IMG/VR virus record: IMGVR_UViG_3300020450_000018
Coordinates: 8,177 to 72,176 of that record
Reading direction: 5' to 3' (one strand)
Length of the DNA stretch: 64,000 bases
Source: a virus
Part shown: in pieces, positions 39,054 to 50,170 of the stretch
Position numbering within the stretch: position 1 is the first letter of the stretch
How the letters are laid out: every line of letters begins with the position of its first letter
Position numbers and translations under genes: made by a program
Notes under the pieces: generated by a model
Told to the model about the DNA's origin: nothing
Seen by the model: only the letters and a program-made list of their open reading frames with translations
Databases searched by the model: none

Positions 39054-42000
39054 CTGGTGAAAATGGAATTATTTCAGATCCAGAAGCAATCGTGGTACTG
39101 CCTCTATAATGTGAGCATCCAGTAAATGAAGTTGCTGTTTTTCCAGTGTATTGTATGACACCAGAGTTAGATGGAATTGGAGTATCAAAATTATCATATG
39201 ATGTAGTGTAATTATCAGGAAGAACCCTTGCAGTAGGTGGTGTAAAACTAGATGTATATCTGGCGATGTTGCTTATGTGAACCTCATCTATATAACCATT
39301 AAAACAATCTAAACCAGTAGAGTAGTTACTACTACCAATAGAAAACAAAGCTTGTCCACCTGTTCCCCATGCATTGCCAGAAGCAATAGCACCAGCTTGT
39401 GTATAATCCTGAGTATTAGTTTTAGATGCTTTCTCTACACCATTAACAAAAACTTTAATAGTTCCACTTGAACGAGTGATTGCAAAATGAGTCCAATTTG
39501 TACTCAAGTTTCCGCAGTTGGTATATGAATCATCTCCACCATTCCAAAATATTATACTTGACAAATTAAAGCTCCATACACTATTCACATAAATTGAGAA
39601 ACCAAACATAGGTAAGAAGTAATCTAAAGCACCAGATGAGACTTTCCACGATGCACCTGATTGTAAATTAGTTCCATAGTATAATAATCCAGCACTGGTA
39701 TCACCACTAGAACTACTAATCTCTTTCTTAGCCCAGAAGTCAATTGTAAAATCTCCTGCTCCAAGATGAGTTCCGATAGGAGCAGTTATTTTACTACCAT
39801 CTACACTACCAGCAGTCTCATCAAGGAATACAGATCTATCTCCAAACTTTTTATTAGCAGTGGTTTCTAGATTTTGAGCACCAGATAATCCATATGTGTC
39901 TTGTGTCCATGTGTATCCTTGAGTAGAAGAAACTCCAGCTGTATTGTGGAAAAGATATCCTGAGTCAGGGAAATGAGTTGTATCAGCAACAACTATAGGA
40001 CCACCAATAGTACCACTAGATTGTGAAGTTGTCACAGGATTTTGTATTGATGGAGGCATCATTACGAATTTATTACCTGCTAGTGTGTAACTAGATTTAC
40101 CTCTTTCTTCAAAATCTCTGATAGTAAGAGATCCAAAGTAAAGATCAAGTTCTCCAAGTGATAAACCAGATACACCAGCAGCACCATCATCAAAGATACC
40201 CTCAAAATGACTGATAGTGTGTCCTACATTTGTTTTAGTATATTGTCCAATATATTCAGCGGTTCTTCCAAATATTGAGTTAACAATGAGAACCTCAGTT
40301 GCATTTCTCTTAGCAACATGGTAACCACCATTGATCTCAATAAGATCAACCTCACCATCATGTCCACCAGTTGTATTACCAGATCTAACGGGAATTGGAT
40401 CTGTTAAGAATATTTCTTCTGCATATCCATCAACAACACCGCCTGGTGGTGGAGTTAAGACAACTTCAAGTGCTGATTTAGTAATTTCTAAATCATCAAA
40501 TGATGTTACTTGTCTTTGTACCTTCCTTTCAAATCCAGAATCTACAAATCCAATGCTAATCATTGTAACATCACTTTCAGTTTGTATCTGAACGACACCA
40601 ACAGGAGCAACAGATACAAGTTCTGGAATCTGTCTCAAGAAAGTACCAGCAGTCCAATTTTGTTCTGTAGTTCCTTTTTGACCTCTGAGGATATTGGTAA
40701 ATCTATCAGAGAGTTTACGATTGTAGTATACAACCTCATCACCAACCAATAGTAGACCCATTAGATCAAATTTAGTGGTGTCTGGAATGTAAGCAATAGA
40801 ATCACCAATATTAAAGTCAACATCAAGATATGCAGCAGTCTCAAAGAAGTTAATATTAGACAGAGCATCATTAGGAATAATTTTCTGTATGTTACTTGTA
40901 ACTGCCCTACTTACAGTAGAAATAGAATTGAGAGAAACAATATCTTGAACTTCTGCAGAAACAACACTTACAGAACCTTGAAGTCTCAATACACCACCAA
41001 CTCCCTCAATCTCAACAGGTTGTGGTTCAATGAATACAATTTGAGCAGGACCAGGTTGATCAATACCTGCTGGCATATCAAATCCAGATTCACCATCTAC
41101 AATATTATCTTTGTCAATTTGAATTTCAGCTGTTATCTTACGATCAGCATCTGCTGGACTTCGTAGATCTACAGAAGAATAAGAATTTACATCAACTAAT
41201 CTATTACCAAGAATATCAATAGTTGATATAATTAAACCAGTTTGAGAAACATTTAAGTAAGGTCTAATAGCGACATTAATTAATGATATTCCAATATCCC
41301 TATCAGAAAGAATATCAAACCTTCTTGTTGTAATAACTTTTGGAGCTTTAGTGTAACCAGAACCACCATCAATAAGATCAACACTAATAACTTGACCCTT
41401 GCTTACAAGAACATTTGCTCTTGCACCACCACCCTCACCATTCTCAGGTATAAATTTAAGAACTGGTGGTGTGAAATATTGATACGCAGTTGGTTGCGTA
41501 ATAGGATCGTAACTACGTTGATTCCAAGTTAATTTGACAACACTACCATTTTGAATAGTAGCGACTACAGATAAACCCTCTCCTCTCGTAGTTCCAGTAT
41601 AAGACTCAACTGAGACTGAACTGAATATATCGTCAGTTAATTGCTCCCCGTCTCTACCATCTTTACTGGTAGCTTCTGATGGTAATCTTTTAATATTACG
41701 GAATCCCTCTTCTCCATCTACACGAATTCTATCTCCATTTGATAGTGATACAAATGGTTTTTTATAGGTTATTCCATAGTTACTTCCTGACCATATACCA
41801 TTGTCATCTTTAAGAATTTTTCTTCCAGAGTCGTCTTGTACATATGATACAGTTACATTAGAAATATCAGCATCTGCAATTACAAATGTTCTCTCATAAT
41901 ATCCTTTTGGTACAAAGGTATAATCTAAACCACTCTCAGGAGAACCATTTTGACCTTTGATGTCAAACACTACATTGTTTCCATTGGACACTGGATTTCT

Positions 42001-45000
42001 AATTTCACCAATAACATTGTATGTTCCATTTGCTCTTTGTTGCCAAACTTGGATTGAAGATCCAACAGCATCACCCATCCAATCATATTTTAATAGAGCA
42101 CTCAATACAGTAGAATCAAAAGAGAATGTTCCTTGTGCAAAATATGTGTCAGGTGCATAATCATAAATGTTAAGAACTTGTCCAACATCTCTACCATAAA
42201 GATATCTAATATCAATAATCATCTCACTTTGAATAGGAGAGTGGAATGTGATATTAGGACCTGACACTGTATACGCCTTTCCTTTTACTTGTAATACACC
42301 ATCTAAGAACACATAGAGACTATCTTCAGATTCTATGTTTTGTACAGTGTTATCCTCTACATCTAAAATTAAGAAAGGACCGTTTCTTACACCATCAACT
42401 AAGTTGTAGTCAATAGTAAGTCTCTTATAATTACCAACACCAATACCTGCAACTTTTTCTACTGCAGTTGGTTCACCAATAGTTTTAGCTCCAAGATCCT
42501 GATCCCAAATAGGAGCAACATCAAATTTAATTTTATTAGGAATTACAGTTTTATCAATAACATAAGAGTCTCCTAAAGGAAATACTTCTGTAAACTTAGG
42601 TCTTTGTAATACAGCATTGATAGTGAGGAATAAGTTCTCATCTTTTTCTGTGTTCACAACTGTATTGTCATCCCAATATAATTCAAATTCTTTATTCTCA
42701 CCATCAATGTAATCAGGAAGAGTTCTGGTAACTTCTTCTTCTTTTAAAACATCGCTCAAGTTTTCATATAAAGAATCCATTGCAGAAATTACATTGTTAC
42801 ATTCCTGTGCTGGTAGTAAAGGATCTCCTAAAATATTATAATTTGAATATGTAAGAGTAGGAGTCCAATTACCTGCTTTATTTTCATTTTGTTTGGTTTT
42901 TTCTACAAGACCTCTACCCTCTGTAAGAATAGTAGTAACAATGCTATGATATGTGTTAAGTGTGCTCGCTACCTCTACACATGCAGGGGATTGTGAATCA
43001 ACTAATACATCAGGATCCTGACCAGGCAATAGATTTCTCATTGCTTGGATCATTAGATCTTTTGCATATTCAAATGTAGCAATAGTTTCAGCTAACTGTC
43101 CAGTGATATAGTATAATTCTTCGCCATATGGGTAATCATTTTTCTGATAGTATAGTTGTGCTGCTTCAACAATCTTAAAGTTACCACCTAACTTAAGATG
43201 GTAAACGTATGCATCTATGATAAGACCAATGTCTCTACCACACTTAGTTGCGAGAGATCCCCAGTTTAATGAAGGATATTGTGCTTGTGCCCAGTTTAAG
43301 GACTCAGTTACAATGAATGTTCTATTAAGATCAATTAACTCACCTGCTTTATAGAACATACCATTGTTCAATGCACTCCAACCAAATTTTGCTTGATCAG
43401 TTCCTGAGAAGGATACAGGAACACCAAATGTAGAACCAACAGGAACGTCAAATGTTGTTCCTGTGGTAACTCTTGCAACGTCTGTTGGGTTGTTAGTTTG
43501 TCCAGCACCAGCAGTCCCACTAATCTCAGTGAGACCAGAAGCAACACCACCACTAGTACCAGAGTTTGCAAGTGCAGAACTACTTACTGTTACTTGAGTT
43601 TCACTGTCAATAGATACAATTTTAGTTCCAGATGAAAATGCCTTACCAGAACTTACAAACAAACCAATAGCAAGATTTTCAGTGCTTGTAACTTTAATTG
43701 TATTTTGTCCTAAAATATACTCAACATCAACATCAATAAAGTCCCAATTCCTGATAGCTAGTTTTGCTAACCTTGTAGCATAAGCAAAAATTGCATTAGA
43801 ATTTGTTTTATTATTTTGAATGTACAAATACTCATCATTTGAATTGAAGATAGAAGAGTAGTCAATTGTTTTTATATTTCCACCAAATCTAATATCATGT
43901 TGGTAAGCATCTAAGATTGCACGAATATTTCTTTCATAGTCATCTTGTTTAGTTGCCCAGTCTAATGTAGGATATGTTGCTTTTCCATACCCAATAGTTT
44001 CATTTACAATAAACTCTACGTTTCTTTCAATTTGATTTGCTGCATCAATCCAAGTTCCACCACGTTGGAAAATATTTCTAATTTTTCTTAGATGTTTAGT
44101 GTTATATTGATTATCTTTAAACTGGAATACCTTACCATAGAATGTAACACCTTTGTATGCAGTAGTCTCACCAGCATCACCAGTTAGTTTTGCTCCATTT
44201 CCAAGAGGGGGAGCAGAAAATACAATTTGATCTCCAGAAATAGTATATGAGATGCCAGGTTCTTGAATGACACCATCTAGAGTTACGATAATACCTTTTT
44301 CTGAAGATGGGAAGAAAGGTGTCCCATTGCTTAAAATTTGGAATGATTTAGTTCCTTGTAATTTCCCATCTGTGTCATAGTAACCGTCAAACGATGCACC
44401 AAGTGTAAACTCAAATGCACTAACCTCATTGAATAAGAATTCACTAGTTGCAGCAGTTCCAAACGCTTTACGAATTCTTTGACTTTCTACAGATTGAATT
44501 GTCTGTGTTGTTACCTGCTTTGTGCTCTCAACGGTAATTTTATTTTTATCAGGATCCCAGAGTTGTATAACACTAAAATGAGATGCTTTTGGCAGTTCAG
44601 CTGCCATCTCACTACTGGCAATTGACTCTACATCAACTTGTCCAAACAACTTAAATCCTGCAGGATGAGTTGTAGACTTGATAAGATCACGCCATTCATC
44701 AATGGGTGTTTTTGATTTTATAACATATGAATAATCTTGATAGAAGAAACTATCAATAAGTTTTTGATTAGATACACCTAAACGACCTTTATCAGAAGTA
44801 TAGAATCCTGCATTATCATAGAAACTAGAAATATCTTCTGTAAATGTGCTGACAAAAATTGAATGTACAATACCAGACACAGTGGTATTATAAGATTCAA
44901 TTGCAATGTCCTCACGAATAATTCCAACTACAGATTCTAATTTTAATAATCTTGAACCAAATCTCCACTCAGAAACTCTTGCTCTTAATACCTCTATACC

Positions 45001-48000
45001 ATTTACTCTCTGTACTACTAACTCACCTTTTCTAAAATCTCCATTATAATTTTTAAGAACAGCAACATAGTTTGATGTAAAGGAGGATGATACTGTTTTA
45101 TCTAAATGGAATGCACCACCATTTCTAACAAATGACACACTTTGAGGAACACCAATAGAAGTGCTATTTGCAAAAGCTTCTACATCACCCTCAATGATTT
45201 GAATAACTGGTGCTTTTGTATATCCTCTTCCCACCTTAGATACAACTAACGAGAAAATTTCTCCATTTCTAACAACAATATCAAACTCTGCATCAACACC
45301 ATCACCCTCTACAATTACAACTTTTGGATTTACGTAATTTGAACCTTTCTTATCTACCCTAACACCAGTAATAGTTTGAGAGGCAACATCAAACAATACT
45401 GTGGCAGATGCTCTAAAACTTTCTGATGCATCAACACCAATAATAGATGGAACCTTTTTATAATTTAATCCAAGGTTGATGATGTTGACCTTATCAATCT
45501 CTCCGATTGCGAACTGACCAGTAGTAGTATAAGAAATGGATCCAGAACCATCCCAAAGAGGCTCGCTAGTAACATCATAAACAAAACGATTTGGTGTAAC
45601 ATAATTGATTGTTTTAATTCCTTGTAGTGGATCTGTTATAATCTTAAAAAATGCTCCACCAGCATTTACCACATTCTTTCTATCAAAATAATAGAAGTTT
45701 GTAAAATCTGTGCCAATCTTTTTACCATAAGAATTTGATGCATCTCTGTAACCAAATCCAAACTTAACATCTGTAAATGATCCTGTATTGCCAGGTAAAA
45801 TTTCGGATTCTTGTTTTTCTGTAGTGATTAAATTAAAGTTACTACTTGGACTAATATCAAAATAAGTCCCAGTGAGACTAGAATGAGACGTATCAAACTT
45901 ATACTTGTAAAACTCTTGTAAATTTATGTTTGGGTTAGGTGTGAATGTACTATTGTCTTCTGAAAACTCAAATTTGTAAATTAACTCTTCAGCAGATTTG
46001 ACAGAAACTAATCTTGATGGATTACTAGAATCAAAGAAACTAGAGCTCAATGTAATTTCATTTGCATTAAGTTTTATTGTTCCATAATCATATACAATAA
46101 CAATCTTATGTGTTACAGGATCATATGATTGAATATATCCAGAACCAGACCCCGTAAAAATCTGGTAATTGTTTACAAAGTTATATTGTGCTTTATAAAG
46201 AGATACCTCTTGTCCATCAAAATGATCTACATCATCAGTTCCTTCCTGTCCTCTGATTACGGAAATATCTTTTCCATTGATACCTACAATTTTTAATATT
46301 TCTTCACCAATTTGAATCAAATCATCAACAGCAAATCCTAAAGCATCCTTAACTGTAACTTTTGTTACACCAGATGCAAAACCAACGTGTCCCACATAAA
46401 TGGTAAATCTTGCAGTAGATTGTGATGCACCAGATCTTACTAAATCCTCATCAGCAACAGATAAGAAGTCTCCTCTAGCATATCCTGTGCCAGCATCTTG
46501 TATTTGTATACCAGATACTATGCCAGCATCAGATACAGTAAATGTAGCAGTGGCACCAGTACCCGATCCGCCAGTAAGAGCAACACTAGTGTAAGTTCCA
46601 GCAGTATAATCTGCTCCTCCATTGAGTATGTCATAACGTCCTATTCCAGTGAAATCAATAGTAGTTTTATTATTAGGTGGAATCAGAATAGCTTCTTGAT
46701 ATAACCTCTTTCTTAAATAATAAGTCTTAGTTGTTGTATTGTCATTAGGATTGATATCAACTGTTACTTTATCACCAATACCTAATCCATGAGGTGTTGA
46801 TGTCTCTATCAAAGCAACACTCTGATTAACCTCAAATGGATTGAGTCCATCACTAAGAGAGGTTAGTGTTACTATTTTTGTTCCAGAAGTATTGAATAGA
46901 TTACTTGACTGTAAGAAATAATTATCATCAACGATCCATGTGCCTGTAAGAACCTTGATCTGAACTGTGTTTTGAGAGGATGTTCCTTCTAATACCTCAG
47001 CAGTGGCAATAGGAGCATTGACACCATCAGTAAGACTTAATGTGGCACCTTTGGTGTAAGAACTTCTTTGGTCTAACAAAATTAAGAAAGTCTTAATTGC
47101 AGCAGAGAAAGTTCCAGTCTCATCAAAGGTTCCGTTAACATTTCTAAGAACAATAGTATTGTCATTTCTAACTGTACCAACAATTGTGCCAAATGCACCA
47201 GATGATGGTTGTGACAATGTATCATCTGCAAACAAATATGCATTTTGAATTGTTGTTAGCTTTACAACTTTATTTTCTTTACACTCTAAGTAATTGACAC
47301 TCTTTCCCTTTACAGAAGAGATAATAGATTCAACCTCAGATCCCTCTGTTCCTCTATTATCAAAATATAATTGTGAATTGATAGAAAAATTATCAGAAGA
47401 TCTAATTACATCAATACTATCAACAGTTCCAGATTTTACCTCATTAATAGATGCAATAACACCTTCACCATTTCCTTGCATTCCATCAATAAAATATTTT
47501 TTAGAATTTTTAGGAATATCATCTTGATTGATATTGGAATTGTAATTACTATCAACAGGTAAGGAGTAGAAGTTCTCTCCTAAAATGTATGGATATTGCG
47601 GTACTTGATTGCTATCAATAGTAATGAAATAAGCATAAGTTCCTTTCGGAAAGTCGGGGGTAATACAAAATCTTCCATTGTTTTGATCTAGTGTGCCACT
47701 CTTATGAGTGTATGTGTAATCATTGTTAAACGATCCAAGAGGATACTTGGAAAGTGAAGGTCCTTCTCTACGAGTTCCGTTCAAAGAATAACTAGATGTC
47801 ATTCTAATAATAGATGACGTAGAATCCAAAGGATCCTCATAACCAAAAGCACCATAAATTGGATTGCCATCATAGGCAAAACCAATAATGGGAGAATGAA
47901 TTTTTGTAGCAGGTTCAGTGCCAGCATTGTTTATGTTGTCACCAAGAGAAATACGTAAAGCTTTTGGATTACCAACATGTCCATAACCATATTCTAATAC

Positions 48001-50166
48001 ATTATTAAAATTTTGAAAAATGTAACCATACTCTGTATCAAGTTTATTTTCAAGTTTATTAAATCTGTTAAAATTCCATTCTTTTAATAATGGGATACCT
48101 GTTGCATCTTCTCCAACAGGAATGATGTCTACAATAACAGTGTTCTGATTATAAAAATTACCCTCGTCAATTTTTTCAAAACCAGTGATATTACCATCAG
48201 TGTTTACGATTGCATTATAGTTTGCAAATCTTCCTCTACCAGCATTGTCTCTGATTCTTACGATTGGTGGAGATGAGTAAAATTCTCCATCATTATCAAT
48301 AACGAGACTTGTTACTTTACCACCAGTTACAATTGCACGAACCACTGCACCTCTACCAGAAGTAATAGTAACATCTGGAGTTCTTGGAAAAACATCTTGA
48401 GTATCAACAATAATTCTCTCTACGACTTGTCCAATTAGGACTGCTCTAGCTTTATTAGGAACTTGATCAATCAACACAAAAGGTGGTTTTGCATAACCTC
48501 TACCTTGTGTATTAATTTTTATCTCTTCTAGTTTACCAAAACGAACACTATCATGATCTCTGAAACCGTAGACAGGGACACCGTTTAGAAGGATGCCTAC
48601 ATCTCTATTTGGAGTCTTATATGTTTCTGTAGTTCTTGTTGCCTCTCTTCTAATAATACGAAGAATTTTTTGATCTAGTAATTCTTCATTTACTGTAGAT
48701 CCATCAAGAATTTTATATGATGGAAATGATGAGGAAGTAATATAGTAATATTGTTCGTCTGCAAAAATAGATGATACATCTGTAGTTAATTCACTTACAG
48801 ATGATTGAATACTTGGTAATGTTGGGATCACTGGTGCAGTCCCTTGATTCAATAACCATCTTGTTTGATTTGTGCCAGTCTGTACAATCTTAGGATCTGC
48901 AGTCTCAAAACCAGGTCTAGATACAAGAATTTTATCACCAGAACTAGAATATGGTTGAGCAGATTTTGGTCTTAAATTATAGACCACACCAAATGTAAGT
49001 AATGTTACATTAGAATTAGAAATTGTTACTGGTTTATATACAGCTGTTCCTACTGGATATGAAATAGCTCCAGATGGTTGTCTATCGTCAATGATAAACT
49101 GAGTTACAGTTTTCTCCTTAAATGTGATTGTCTCGGTTCCAATTAAAATAGAACCTGTCTTACCCCAACCAAGAGTGGATGAGACATTGATTCTATTACC
49201 AGTGCTATCTGTTCCAGATACTGTTTTCTCAAGTTTAGTCTTAGTTGAGATTGCAAATTCACCATTAACAGTTTCTGGTGCGAGTACAATATTAAAAATC
49301 TGTTCGTTATCTGCTGTACCATCAGCATATACGTTATCTACGGTAGCATCGGCATATCCATACTCATCTGTTTCAGTCTGAACAATCTTCTTTCCAACCA
49401 GATTGTAAATGTCACCAGATATGACCTTACACTTAAGAGCATATACATTGATCCAATCAGATTCAGATACCTTGTATGTAAAATCTCTTGGTTTATAAAC
49501 TTCTGGTTTATTGTCTACTTCTTTAGCAACAATAGTGTTGAATACAAACTTAATGGAACTAGTGGTTCCCTTAGCTTTGTAAAACTTCTGAATATTTTTA
49601 ATCAGAGTTCTTTTATCTACCTCACCCTTGAGATATTTTTCTGGAAAAGAACCAAGGTATTGATTCTCAAAATTCTTTACTAACGCATAGAGAAAGAGAT
49701 TACTTACATTAAGAACTCTCTGACCAGCGTTATGTGGTCTCGCATCTGTGCTGGTGTAGCTTGACGAGTTATAAAGATCACCAAGAGTTGTGTTACCGCT
49801 AACACCTCTAACTGCTCCTGATAAAGTTGTTGTTGTTCTTGATTCATAGAAAATTATTTCGTCGTCTATTCTTACGTATCCGTTTCTTTTTGGAAAACTC
49901 GTTGCATCTTGTAATACAATTGTATCATCAGTATCAGAGATACTAACGTCCAAAGTATCATGTTGTCTAAGTAAGTTTTTTTCATAATAATCAATGTCTG
50001 CATATTTTTGGATATTATTAATAATATCTAACGTGCCACCTTGTACCTCCTGATGTTCATAATACTTTGTAATAAACTTACTAAACAGTTCATACTCTGT
50101 ACTGATGAATTCGGGAAGCTGCGATTCAATGAGAGTTGATATTCTCTTAGTCTTTACAGCAGGCAT
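39049..50166 (-). CDS. gp7: Baseplate wedge initiator, giant multidomain form (3705 aa)
   Basis: IESQLPEF N-terminus, LIKNIQKFYKAKGT, DSFFYQDYSYVIKS, HPAGFKLFG; YHYH-like and LamG-like inserted domains; lies between gp6 and gp8. Confidence 0.88.
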   Translation of the reverse strand: MPAVKTKRISTLIESQLPEFISTEYELFSKFITKYYEHQEVQGGTLDIINNIQKYADIDYYEKNLLRQHDTLDVSISDTDDTIVLQDATSFPKRNGYVRIDDEIIFYESRTTTTLSGAVRGVSGNTTLGDLYNSSSYTSTDARPHNAGQRVLNVSNLFLYALVKNFENQYLGSFPEKYLKGEVDKRTLIKNIQKFYKAKGTTSSIKFVFNTIVAKEVDNKPEVYKPRDFTYKVSESDWINVYALKCKVISGDIYNLVGKKIVQTETDEYGYADATVDNVYADGTADNEQIFNIVLAPETVNGEFAISTKTKLEKTVSGTDSTGNRINVSSTLGWGKTGSILIGTETITFKEKTVTQFIIDDRQPSGAISYPVGTAVYKPVTISNSNVTLLTFGVVYNLRPKSAQPYSSSGDKILVSRPGFETADPKIVQTGTNQTRWLLNQGTAPVIPTLPSIQSSVSELTTDVSSIFADEQYYYITSSSFPSYKILDGSTVNEELLDQKILRIIRREATRTTETYKTPNRDVGILLNGVPVYGFRDHDSVRFGKLEEIKINTQGRGYAKPPFVLIDQVPNKARAVLIGQVVERIIVDTQDVFPRTPDVTITSGRGAVVRAIVTGGKVTSLVIDNDGEFYSSPPIVRIRDNAGRGRFANYNAIVNTDGNITGFEKIDEGNFYNQNTVIVDIIPVGEDATGIPLLKEWNFNRFNKLENKLDTEYGYIFQNFNNVLEYGYGHVGNPKALRISLGDNINNAGTEPATKIHSPIIGFAYDGNPIYGAFGYEDPLDSTSSIIRMTSSYSLNGTRREGPSLSKYPLGSFNNDYTYTHKSGTLDQNNGRFCITPDFPKGTYAYFITIDSNQVPQYPYILGENFYSLPVDSNYNSNINQDDIPKNSKKYFIDGMQGNGEGVIASINEVKSGTVDSIDVIRSSDNFSINSQLYFDNRGTEGSEVESIISSVKGKSVNYLECKENKVVKLTTIQNAYLFADDTLSQPSSGAFGTIVGTVRNDNTIVLRNVNGTFDETGTFSAAIKTFLILLDQRSSYTKGATLSLTDGVNAPIATAEVLEGTSSQNTVQIKVLTGTWIVDDNYFLQSSNLFNTSGTKIVTLTSLSDGLNPFEVNQSVALIETSTPHGLGIGDKVTVDINPNDNTTTKTYYLRKRLYQEAILIPPNNKTTIDFTGIGRYDILNGGADYTAGTYTSVALTGGSGTGATATFTVSDAGIVSGIQIQDAGTGYARGDFLSVADEDLVRSGASQSTARFTIYVGHVGFASGVTKVTVKDALGFAVDDLIQIGEEILKIVGINGKDISVIRGQEGTDDVDHFDGQEVSLYKAQYNFVNNYQIFTGSGSGYIQSYDPVTHKIVIVYDYGTIKLNANEITLSSSFFDSSNPSRLVSVKSAEELIYKFEFSEDNSTFTPNPNINLQEFYKYKFDTSHSSLTGTYFDISPSSNFNLITTEKQESEILPGNTGSFTDVKFGFGYRDASNSYGKKIGTDFTNFYYFDRKNVVNAGGAFFKIITDPLQGIKTINYVTPNRFVYDVTSEPLWDGSGSISYTTTGQFAIGEIDKVNIINLGLNYKKVPSIIGVDASESFRASATVLFDVASQTITGVRVDKKGSNYVNPKVVIVEGDGVDAEFDIVVRNGEIFSLVVSKVGRGYTKAPVIQIIEGDVEAFANSTSIGVPQSVSFVRNGGAFHLDKTVSSSFTSNYVAVLKNYNGDFRKGELVVQRVNGIEVLRARVSEWRFGSRLLKLESVVGIIREDIAIESYNTTVSGIVHSIFVSTFTEDISSFYDNAGFYTSDKGRLGVSNQKLIDSFFYQDYSYVIKSKTPIDEWRDLIKSTTHPAGFKLFGQVDVESIASSEMAAELPKASHFSVIQLWDPDKNKITVESTKQVTTQTIQSVESQRIRKAFGTAATSEFLFNEVSAFEFTLGASFDGYYDTDGKLQGTKSFQILSNGTPFFPSSEKGIIVTLDGVIQEPGISYTISGDQIVFSAPPLGNGAKLTGDAGETTAYKGVTFYGKVFQFKDNQYNTKHLRKIRNIFQRGGTWIDAANQIERNVEFIVNETIGYGKATYPTLDWATKQDDYERNIRAILDAYQHDIRFGGNIKTIDYSSIFNSNDEYLYIQNNKTNSNAIFAYATRLAKLAIRNWDFIDVDVEYILGQNTIKVTSTENLAIGLFVSSGKAFSSGTKIVSIDSETQVTVSSSALANSGTSGGVASGLTEISGTAGAGQTNNPTDVARVTTGTTFDVPVGSTFGVPVSFSGTDQAKFGWSALNNGMFYKAGELIDLNRTFIVTESLNWAQAQYPSLNWGSLATKCGRDIGLIIDAYVYHLKLGGNFKIVEAAQLYYQKNDYPYGEELYYITGQLAETIATFEYAKDLMIQAMRNLLPGQDPDVLVDSQSPACVEVASTLNTYHSIVTTILTEGRGLVEKTKQNENKAGNWTPTLTYSNYNILGDPLLPAQECNNVISAMDSLYENLSDVLKEEEVTRTLPDYIDGENKEFELYWDDNTVVNTEKDENLFLTINAVLQRPKFTEVFPLGDSYVIDKTVIPNKIKFDVAPIWDQDLGAKTIGEPTAVEKVAGIGVGNYKRLTIDYNLVDGVRNGPFLILDVEDNTVQNIESEDSLYVFLDGVLQVKGKAYTVSGPNITFHSPIQSEMIIDIRYLYGRDVGQVLNIYDYAPDTYFAQGTFSFDSTVLSALLKYDWMGDAVGSSIQVWQQRANGTYNVIGEIRNPVSNGNNVVFDIKGQNGSPESGLDYTFVPKGYYERTFVIADADISNVTVSYVQDDSGRKILKDDNGIWSGSNYGITYKKPFVSLSNGDRIRVDGEEGFRNIKRLPSEATSKDGRDGEQLTDDIFSSVSVESYTGTTRGEGLSVVATIQNGSVVKLTWNQRSYDPITQPTAYQYFTPPVLKFIPENGEGGGARANVLVSKGQVISVDLIDGGSGYTKAPKVITTRRFDILSDRDIGISLINVAIRPYLNVSQTGLIISTIDILGNRLVDVNSYSSVDLRSPADADRKITAEIQIDKDNIVDGESGFDMPAGIDQPGPAQIVFIEPQPVEIEGVGGVLRLQGSVSVVSAEVQDIVSLNSISTVSRAVTSNIQKIIPNDALSNINFFETAAYLDVDFNIGDSIAYIPDTTKFDLMGLLLVGDEVVYYNRKLSDRFTNILRGQKGTTEQNWTAGTFLRQIPELVSVAPVGVVQIQTESDVTMISIGFVDSGFERKVQRQVTSFDDLEITKSALEVVLTPPPGGVVDGYAEEIFLTDPIPVRSGNTTGGHDGEVDLIEINGGYHVAKRNATEVLIVNSIFGRTAEYIGQYTKTNVGHTISHFEGIFDDGAAGVSGLSLGELDLYFGSLTIRDFEERGKSSYTLAGNKFVMMPPSIQNPVTTSQSSGTIGGPIVVADTTHFPDSGYLFHNTAGVSSTQGYTWTQDTYGLSGAQNLETTANKKFGDRSVFLDETAGSVDGSKITAPIGTHLGAGDFTIDFWAKKEISSSSGDTSAGLLYYGTNLQSGASWKVSSGALDYFLPMFGFSIYVNSVWSFNLSSIIFWNGGDDSYTNCGNLSTNWTHFAITRSSGTIKVFVNGVEKASKTNTQDYTQAGAIASGNAWGTGGQALFSIGSSNYSTGLDCFNGYIDEVHISNIARYTSSFTPPTARVLPDNYTTSYDNFDTPIPSNSGVIQYTGKTATSFTGCSHYRGSTTIASGSEIIPFSPV

Positions 50167-50170
50167 TTAC

